A stretch of DNA of 45,684 bases. Source: Seison nebaliae (lineage: Eukaryota). The position numbers were made by a program, and so were the translations under genes. Each line of letters starts with the position of its first letter. The first letter of the stretch is position 1. The notes under the pieces are model-generated. The model saw nothing but the letters and a program-made list of their open reading frames with translations. It had not been told where the DNA came from and searched no databases. Below, piece after piece: positions 36,961 to 45,684 of this stretch. The stretch lies in assembly GCA_023231475.1 (NCBI GenBank), contig JALJEE010000707.1, positions 1-45,684 of the forward strand, written 5' to 3'.

Positions 36961-37323
36961 ATGGATATGTTGAGAAGACAATTTGCGCCATCCACTGTGC
37001 CTAATCCCAAAGAGGAACCGAAATATGATCCAAATTTCGGTTTTACTAATAAACGACAAGAACGTGAGTTTCCAGTAACAGAAGAAGAAATGTCACGTTA
37101 TAACGTTCCTCCTCGACAACGTGATTTTTGTGCAGATAAATGGATAGAAGTGGCTAAATGTCGATCGGAATATCGATATCGATTATTGCCATGTCAACAT
37201 GAAATCCATCAATATCATGATTGTCTTTATAATGAGCACGTTCTTCAAATGAAAGAATATGAACGAGAAAAACGACTAATTAAAAGGCAAATGAAAATTG
37301 ATGAATATGAGAAGAATATTTAA
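36961..37323 (+). CDS. NDUFB7: NADH:ubiquinone oxidoreductase subunit B7 (B18)
   Basis: PKYDPNFGF...ERE...TEEEM...RDFCA, twin Cx9C (CADKWIEVAKC; CQHEIHQYHDC), MKEYEREKRL. Confidence 0.95.
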   Translation: MDMLRRQFAPSTVPNPKEEPKYDPNFGFTNKRQEREFPVTEEEMSRYNVPPRQRDFCADKWIEVAKCRSEYRYRLLPCQHEIHQYHDCLYNEHVLQMKEYEREKRLIKRQMKIDEYEKNI

Positions 37324-37409
37324 GAACTTTTTAGAATTATATTTAGATTTCATTGAAATTAAAAAAGAATCATTTATTTTTTAGAAAAATTTCTTTTTTT
37401 TGGAAAAAA

Positions 37410-38099
37410 ATGAAAAAAACTATTTTTAATAAATTTCTCTCTCAATTTTCTTCCCTCAATAAATCTTTTAATCGAACACCATCAACAATAAGAACAACAA
37501 TATCACAAATAGAAGAGAATTGTACTTTTTGTAACAAAAGAATCGACCGAAAATCTAATCCAATTTTCTGTCCTTGTTACAATCGTCGTCTTCTTCCGTC
37601 TAATGAGAAACTAAATTATTTTCAATTATTCAATTTAACACCAAAAGTCGAAGTAGATCAAAAACAATTACGTACAACTTATTTGAAATTAATCAAATTG
37701 GTTCATCCAGACAAATCAAGAAAGAATGAAGACGTTGCTAATCGATTGACAGTTGGTTATAATCGATTGAAAACAGATGTTGATCGTTTATTATATTTGA
37801 ATGAATTAATAAATGGAGAGAATAATGAAGAATCAGTAATCGAACAGATGAATGAAGAAATATTCGAATTTTATGAAAGAATTGATAATCTGATTGAGGA
37901 GAAAGGAAAGAAAGAAGAATGGCTCTCAATAAAAATTGAATTAGAAGATAAATTCATTAAATTAAAGAATGAATTTCGTGTGAAATTCGAAAATAATGAT
38001 ATAGAAGAAATGAAAAGAATTTCTTTCGACATTAAATATTATCAATCACAGCTGAGTTATTTTGAAAAGTATTCCACTAAATATTTTCCTATATCTTAA
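37410..38099 (+). CDS. HSCB: Mitochondrial Fe-S co-chaperone HscB/HSC20
   Basis: Basic S/T-rich presequence, Cys motif CTFC...FCPC, NYFQLF, J-domain HPD, then an acidic helical C-domain ending KYYQS. Confidence 0.9.
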   Translation: MKKTIFNKFLSQFSSLNKSFNRTPSTIRTTISQIEENCTFCNKRIDRKSNPIFCPCYNRRLLPSNEKLNYFQLFNLTPKVEVDQKQLRTTYLKLIKLVHPDKSRKNEDVANRLTVGYNRLKTDVDRLLYLNELINGENNEESVIEQMNEEIFEFYERIDNLIEEKGKKEEWLSIKIELEDKFIKLKNEFRVKFENNDIEEMKRISFDIKYYQSQLSYFEKYSTKYFPIS

Positions 38100-38598
38100 T
38101 TCCTTTCAAGGAACATTTATTTGAATCATCACAACAATCTTTCAACTAACGGAATTTCTATGATTATTATCATTTGTATTCTTCTCAAAATCTCCTTGTG
38201 TTCCAATTCATAATACTATAAAAATTATTCAACAAATATTAATTGATTAAAGTAATTTCATTAACAAATATTTTTTTTTCATCTTCCTAAATTTAAGTAT
38301 TAAATAAATCGCCAGTCTTTCGTATATAAATATAGGTCTTTTAGTACATGATGTATATTTAAGATAACAATTCGAACATATAACTGATTATAAAAAAATA
38401 CTATTTAACCAATTCAACATTTTTGAGACTATAAGAAATCAGAAAATAAAATTTTTTAAACAATTGCTTCAAATTCTTTTTTATCGCCAGTCGATCAACA
38501 TCGGACGGTGGTTATTTAGAGATATTTCAAATAAACAAGATAATTTATTTTTAATAAATTTCTTTATAAAATTTAGAATATTCTTTACTAAAGAATCT

Positions 38599-39559
38599 TT
38601 AGTTTTCCCGATTCCTTTTATTTCTTAACCAAATTTCTCGAGGATCTCTTATTGCATCATCATCGTCTTCGGAAGAAGATTCAATTAAAGTTGATTTATT
38701 TCCATCATATTCTAAATTATCATTATTCTCATTCGATGGAAATGATTTTGTATTTAGTTGATTCGAATAATCGATAGACATCCACTTCTGTAATTCATGT
38801 TTATTATCTTTCATATACCGCTCACAGTTTGACCGTGATAATGACTAGAATTTAAAGAATATAAGATAAATGGTAATTATGTTAAACTGCTCTAGATTTT
38901 TTTATCGGAACTAATCCATTTTGTGCTTTCAAGTTCTCAATGAACTTTGCAGAATCCTCTTCGATCTTCCGTTTATAATTATCGATTTCTTTTGAAACTA
39001 TATAAGAAATAAATGAAAATTTTGAAGAATATAAAATGAATTAAACCATCGAATAAATCGACGTCACAAGACTCAATTTCTCCATGAACTTCAGTAGCTA
39101 ATAAAAGTTTTTAAAAAAAATAGACAAGGAAATTGTTTGTGAACCGAAATCGATGATATCAAATGCAAAATTATTGAGTTCTTTAGGTTCATTCGGTAAG
39201 AATTCTTTCCATTCTTCTAATTTATTCTGATCCTCTAAAATTCTCTTTTGTCGCTTTTTTTCTAATCTATCTTTGGCGACAACAACATCGACAGATGTTG
39301 AAACAATATCAGGTGTCTTCACAATATCCGTCTCTTTTTCCAAATGCCAAATTGGAGCGGTATCGATATCATCAAAATTATCTATAACTACATAAGGTTC
39401 TCTTTCGAAAACTTTTATGGGTTTGGTATTATCCGTGTCATCATCGAATGCTAAATCCTTTAAATTTAAATATCAATTTTTAACATTCTAAGGAGCAACC
39501 TCAAAAGAATGATAAATTTCATTTTTAAGTAATTCTTCGGTTATAGTTTGATTAAGCAT
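38599..39559 (-). CDS. Orphan acidic protein, 5 exons
   Basis: ATG at 39559 (MLNQTITEELLKNEIYHSFE). Four short GTT..AG introns keep frame through ORFs 39098-39343 and 38599-38814. Confidence 0.6.
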
Positions 39560-39967
39560 TATTGACAAAATTTCAGTTTTCAGTTGCTCTTAACATTTAG
39601 AGAAGTGTATTTCAATATAAAATTAACTATTTATATTTTTTTTCCATTTCATAAAAATTGGATATGAAGCTTTTTGTTGCTAACCGTTAATTATTTAACA
39701 CCTCGTCATACCATAATTATTCATGTGCTTTAGTTGAAATCTGGAAATAATGTGAAACTTAAGAGCTTGCCATTCAAATTAAATCTTTCCCCTAAAATAT
39801 TCGCAATGAATTATTTTAAAAAAAGCTGATTATTGTAGAACATTCTGGAAAATTCTGTTCATTTAAAAGTATTGCGCGTGTATTCGTTTTTACAAACTGT
39901 TCGTAAGATACTTAAAACTTGAAAAAGATTTTTTACTTTTTGAATCTCCTATCTTTGACTACGAAAA

Positions 39968-40818
39968 ATGGGCAAGTTAAATTTTTTTCTCCTTTTCTTC
40001 TGTCAATCTTCGCTCGTAGACATCCAAATGTTACTTGGGCACAGAGAAGTGATTGCGTTTACATGACAATTTGTCTATATGATCGATCGGATGAGAAAAT
40101 TTCTTTGACTTCCGAAAATTTGACATTTAAGTTAAAGTTTTTTGTTAAAAGAAATTTTTTATATTTTCTGTTTCTGTAGCTGTGAACATGACAAGGAACA
40201 ATATGAATTGAAGATTAATTTCTTTGATAAGATCAATGTGGAAGTTTAATTTAAATTTAATTTTTTTCTAAATTTATTTCATTTGTTTTGTAGGATTCAT
40301 CCAGATCTGATAGACATAGTCAATCTCATTTGGTCTTCTTGTTAAAGAAGGAAAAGAAGGATGACGAATTTTGGCCGAGATTAACGAAAGAGAAAGCGAA
40401 ATGTCCTTATATCCAAATTGATTGGAGTCGATGGGTTGACGAAGATGCCGATGAAGAAGAAAAACCAGATATGTTTGGAGGAATGAACGGTATGGAAAGT
40501 TTGGCCGGTATGGGTGGAATGGGCGGCATGGGTGGTGGAATGCCTGGTATGGGCGGTGGAATGCCTGGTATGGGCGGTATGGGCGGCATGCCTGGTATGG
40601 GCGGCATGGGTGGTATGCCTGGTATGGGCGGCATGCCTGGAATGGGTGGAATGCCTGGTATGCCAGGAATGGGAGATATGCCTGACATGGGTGACATGGA
40701 GAACGACGGAGATAATATCGATTCAGATGATTCTTGTGAAGACGATTGTGGAGTTACGGAAAAGAAAGAAATGAAGGACACAAAAGAAGCTGTAAATGGT
40801 GAGACAGCTGAAGCATAA
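39968..40818 (+). CDS. PTGES3: Hsp90 co-chaperone p23 (PTGES3/Sba1) with GGMPGM repeat tail; introns 39976-40019, 40131-40179, 40244-40293
   Basis: MGKHPNVTWAQRSDCVYMTI...YELKINFFDKI...FWPRLTKEKAKCPYIQIDWSRWVDED are CS/p23 signatures. Confidence 0.95.
40505..40700 (+). repeat. Coding tandem repeat of 9-27 bp units (ggtatgggcggcatgcct-type) encoding GMGG/GMP
   Basis: Directly visible GC-rich repeat inside p23 exon 4. Confidence 0.9.
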
Positions 40819-42816
40819 TTTGAAAATTATTTCTGTTTTACTTAACATTCGGGTAAGTTCAATTTATATCTTTTCTATTGATTCCTTCATTAAGAGAATA
40901 ATTATTCGTCGTTAACTTTCTTTTACCGTTTTTTCTAAAAGTAATAAAAGAAAATTCTTTACTTTCGTTTAATTGAGATAAGATGTTCTACTTAATATTT
41001 TATTGGATTGAATAATTTTCTTTTTTTATATTTTAAATAATTAGAAACTGTCAAAAAATATTTGATCTGTTCGTTTTTTTTTTGAAACGGATGAAAGAAA
41101 GGGAATTATTTATAAGAAAATGAAATATCTTCAGTTGAAAGTTAATTTGTGAGAGATCTAAATTGGTTGAATCGAATGAGCGTTACGTTGACATTGTATC
41201 GGATGGGACGGAATAGTGAAATCGGAGTGAAAACAATAACGACTATTTTGGTGTATTTGGAAAGTATTGAATGTTGGGAGAGAGGAAGGTCATTAGAAAT
41301 CGTTGCTCTCATAATTCGGTATTTGCCGATATGAAATATTATCATCGTTGACGACGATAATGAAAATATACTAATGATAATGATTATCCTTGATATTGGT
41401 AAAAAAAAAGTAAATGAATAAATAAATTCTTAGAAGAGATATAGATAGCTATATTATACAATTCATCATTATCATCGTCTTATCCAATTGAATATGTGTT
41501 CGAAACATCATAAAAATAGAGATTTTTTTTAGTTAGATGCGCAGAATTCGAATGAATAGAACACTGTTAATACAATGAGTGAATGTGTTGCGTATCATTC
41601 CCTTCAGCTAATCAAGAAGAGACGTAGATCATTTTCCATTATGTTGTTATTGATGTATATGATGTTGTTGTCTACAAATAGAACACTTCCGATGTTATGT
41701 GAGATAAAGTTTGGAGATCGTCACCATCATGATGATTATGATGATTATTCGCTCAAAGAAATACTTAACTACAAATTCATTAATTTATTATTTGAAGAGA
41801 AAAAATGGCATGACGTCATTGAAATGAAGACGATGGGAGAAGATAGATGGTCCATCCGTTTACTTTCCCGAGAATTATAAATGATCAATATCAATCCAAA
41901 CATCAATTATAGAGTTTATTATTATAATCGTAGAGAAAGTTGAACTTATTCCCAATGTTCTTGTTTAGTTAAAACTCAAACTAATTTATAAAATCTTTTC
42001 AGAATATGTACACATTCTTAATTTATCAATAAATTGTTGTTAAATTTTTGATTTATTGATCTCCAATCATTCAATGGCGATAAATAATTAATGTTGTTAA
42101 ACTAACAAGGTAACTTGTTGGTCACCAAACTGATAAATTATTATGCAAATGATTGATAATTTACTTAGCAGTTGAAAAGCTGATGAATATAGTCATCTTA
42201 TTAATTTTATTAAATGATTAATTGGACACTAAAGTTACATAATAAATTATGGAAAATTTTAACATCATTTTATGAATAATCAGAAAATTGAATGTTCATT
42301 CGTCATAATCTTAATCTCTCATATTCTCATCTCACATCCGAGGGTTATATCGAGGATAAATAATTATTCATTATTAATCACAATATGAATAATATTTCAT
42401 ATGTAATCGATGATGATGTCCTTATATATTCTGGTCTATATATCTCACTTGTAGATTGCTAACTAACTAACTTGTAATGAAAGAAAATTTTTTAAATAAA
42501 TTATTTCACTAAACTCTAACAAGAATCCTCATTTCAATTTCAACATTATTTTCCCGATTTTTATAAGTATTGTTCAATTTATTTTGATACATCATCATCT
42601 GATTAGAAAATAGAGATATCCTTATAATATATTGTTCTCTTCTATGTCATTGAGATTAGTTCGATCGAGTCGCGATTCATAACGAATTCATATTTCATAT
42701 CATTCTAAGATACTTCTTAAGAGAAAAACTTTTAAATTTACTTTCATGCTTAAATACCGAATCATTGTGGTTCGTGAATATTTTAGTTTTCCTTTTTTCC
42801 ACTAGAGTTTATTTTC

Positions 42817-45684
42817 ATGATGAGGAATGAAGTACTTTCAACCATTGACTCGTCTTCAACATCAACATTATTTAGTCAATCATCAATATCTAGTCAAAAT
42901 ATTGTAATTGAATTGAATAAGGGCGGAAAGGTCAATATTGATCTATCTAGTCCGAATAACGGCAATCACAGACGAAATGTAATGAAAGTCTCCAAAAAAA
43001 TTTCTCATCAATCTTCAATCACTTCACAATGTTCGTTGGCCTCATCGTCGTTTGTTGACAATGAAATCACTAAAACTAATTCAATGAAACCTAACGAAAT
43101 TCGAATGAAAAAACTCAAATTGAAAAATGCCGCATACACCAATGGAATAAAATGTGCTACATTATCGCCTCTTTATTTCCTTCCTGTTCCTCCACCTCAA
43201 ATCCATTCTTCTTACTTCACTTCATACAGTAACTGCTTTTTACCTTGTAATCAAATGCATGTACCAATTCAGAATCACATTCCTTCACCATTCTTTAACC
43301 AACATGCTCGATCAAGAACCAACTCAGCTCCATTACACCGATCCTTTTCAGATAATGGCCAAAGTGATTTCTTAAATTGTTAGTTGATTCTATTAAGTTT
43401 TATTAACTAATTATTCTTCTATTTAGCTGCACAAGTTGCAAATTGTGGACGTGTAGTACCAATACTTCAAGTTGTGTCCCACGCACAAATTCCAAAAAGG
43501 ACCACTAACAGAAGTTGTGTTAAAGTTAAAATTAATGTAAATGCTCAACCACCCAATTACAAAACGACAAGAAACATAGAAATATTAAGAGACAATAAAA
43601 CCGTACCTATTCAAGTGCCGCGAGTTAAACATCGAGAACATAAAGTTCGGTCAAAATCTTCTTTCGAAAAAGAAGATAAACAAGCATTAAAATCAGTTAA
43701 CCTAGACACTGATCATAGATATTCAAGAATTAAAAGTGTTGACTCGATAACCAATTCTCAACGATCACTACAAATTGATTCACCTAAAATTTATATGCCT
43801 AATGTAATTACACCATCAACTAATCGAAATGTTGATATTGATTTACAAAAGCAAATCCACAGAACTCACAGTCTGGAGAATACATTGAAATTTGTAAAAC
43901 TTGATGTCAAATCACCGCTAAATGAATTATCCAAAGGTACCATAACACGAGATAAGATGAGCCAAAATTTTACAATGCCGCAACCAGAAATTTTTATGCC
44001 AAGCTTTACAATACCAAATGACAAAAAAATCGGATTGAACAGTACTACCCGTACAATTCATGTACCGAAAACTGAATCTCCTAAATTGGATATCCAATCA
44101 CCTAAATTAGATATTGAATCATCTAAAATAGACGTTGAATTACCTAAAATGAATACCATGCAAGGAAGCTTAGATATCAAATCGCCTAACTTAAATATCG
44201 ATGCGTCCAATTTGGAAATGAGAACTCCAAATATAGATATTCAAAGTCCTAAAATTGATATTGAAACTCCGAAACTGAACATAAATGAACGAAAAGTATC
44301 TATTAAAAACAAAAATATCGAATTATCTGTACCTAAAATTAATGGACTCGATACAAAAACAAAAATCCACACTAAACCAGCAAAAGTACGAATGTCCAGC
44401 TTAGAAAGAGGATTGGAATTATCCAAGATTTATATTAAATCGCCAGTAGAAGAGATAAATATTCCGAAAACCGACAGTAATATGTCCATTCCTATACCAG
44501 AAATTTTTATTCCCCAACTTTCATCCGATGTAAATGACCCCAAATTAGAGATAAATACACCAAACCTGGACATCAAAGCACCAAATATGCACATCGATAC
44601 TCCGCGTTTGGACATCGAAACACCAAAATTAGACATAAATACTCCCAAACTTGATATCGAAGCACCGAAGTTGGATATTAATGCTCCCAAATTCAATCTA
44701 AATGCCCCAAAACTTGATATCAACGCCCCAAAACTTGATATCAACGCCCCAAAACTTGATATCAACGCCCCAAAACTTGACATCAACGCCCCAAAACTTG
44801 ACATCAATGCCCCAAAACTTGATATCAACACACCAAATTTGGATATCAATGCACCGAAACTTGATATGAAAGTTCCTAAATTCGATATGAAAGTTCCTAA
44901 ATTCGATATGAAAGCACCAAAGTTCAATTTCAAAACCTCAAAATTAAATGTAAAAACGCCTAATTTAAATGTAGAAACCCCGGAAATTGATATTAATGCT
45001 CCTAAAGTGGACGTGGATGTACCTAAGGTGGACATTGATGTAAAAAAACCCAAAATCAGAATGCCAAGTCTAGAGAATAAACTCAAATTTCCGAAATTAA
45101 ATATTAAATCTCCAACCGCCGAAATTGATATACCGAAAACCGATAGCAATATATCTATCCCAACTGCAGAAATTTTCATGCCGAAACTGAAAACCGATCC
45201 TAATGCTGATGTGGATTTGGGAATTACAGGTCCAAATGTAGATATCCGGTCACCTAATTTGGATGTCAACGCACCAAATATGCACATCGATACTCCACGT
45301 TTGGACATTCAGACACCAAAATTGGACATAAATACTCCCAAACTTGATATTGAAGCACCGAAGTTGGATATTAATGCTCCCAAGTTCAATCTAAATGCAC
45401 CAAATTTGGATATCAACGCCCCAAAACTTGATATCAACGCCCCAAAACTTGATATCAACGCCCCAAAACTTGATATCAACTCCCCAAAACTTGATATCAA
45501 CGCCCCAAAACTTGATATCAACGTCCCTAAACTTGATATCAACACACCAAATTTGGATATCAATGCACCGAAACTTGACATTAAAGGTCCTAAATTCGAT
45601 ATGAAAGCACCAAAGTTCAATATCAACGCCCCTAAATTTGATGTAAAAACACCTAATTTAAATGTAGAAACACCGGAAATTGAT
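42817..45684 (+). CDS. AHNAK/periaxin-like repeat protein, 3' incomplete; intron 43364-43426
   Basis: ORF 42817 splices (CAA A|CT GCA) into a frame open from 43427 to the window end, missed by the ORF track because it has no stop. It encodes many PK(L/F/V)D(I/M/V)xx heptads such as PKLDINA, PKFDMKV and PKVDIDV. Confidence 0.8.
44430..45684 (+). repeat. 21-bp coding tandem repeat nested in a ~670-690 bp higher-order duplication
   Basis: Unit aacgccccaaaacttgatatc is tandem at ~44700-44860 and ~45410-45580. The block gcaccaaatatgcacatcgatactcc recurs at 44578 and 45271 (693 bp apart). Confidence 0.9.

Noticed and set aside
40407..40781. Pro/Ile-rich minus ORF and the alternative-frame WAAW/CLVW ORF
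   Set aside because: Shadows of the p23 GGMP repeat.
41142..41880. ORFs of 61-101 aa on both strands
   Set aside because: No domain signal or splice support, compatible with chance ORFs or UTR/regulatory DNA.
44700..45580. Regular short repeats resembling a CRISPR array
   Set aside because: Head-to-tail 21-bp units with no unique spacers, lying in a eukaryotic coding frame with no cas genes.
44241..45626. Long minus-strand ORFs (292, 105 and 61 aa) of FGALISS repeats
   Set aside because: Antisense shadows of the plus-strand PKLDINA repeat. Variation between units falls mainly at plus-frame third positions.

Overview
An AT-rich, gene-dense window from a compact invertebrate (metazoan) nuclear genome. 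The taxon cannot be fixed from the sequence. Genes are split by very short GT-AG introns (mostly 39-66 nt), so the ORF track shows only fragments. Splicing by hand recovered about 20 protein-coding genes. Recognisable ones: Abl-interactor (ABI), a Ly6/three-finger protein, a divergent SIN3-like protein lacking PAH domains, a Shisa/CX-like membrane protein with a prion/Shadoo-like N-terminus, kanadaptin, a PP1-binding ankyrin protein, PRELID1, ELL, ABHD17, NDUFB7, HscB, p23/PTGES3, and an AHNAK/periaxin-like repeat protein running off the right edge. The window also holds several orphan genes, a truncated pogo/Tigger CENP-B HTH ORF and DNA-transposon remnants. The strongest window-wide signal is that roughly 9 of 10 inferred introns begin GTT (U at +3) rather than GTRAG, suggesting a rewired 5' splice-site code. 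Other highlights: the PAH-less SIN3, an operon-like NDUFB7-HscB pair 86 bp apart, and a hidden four-exon coiled-coil protein ending in a CaaX box (CTIL). All family calls come from recognising motifs by eye, not from database searches.
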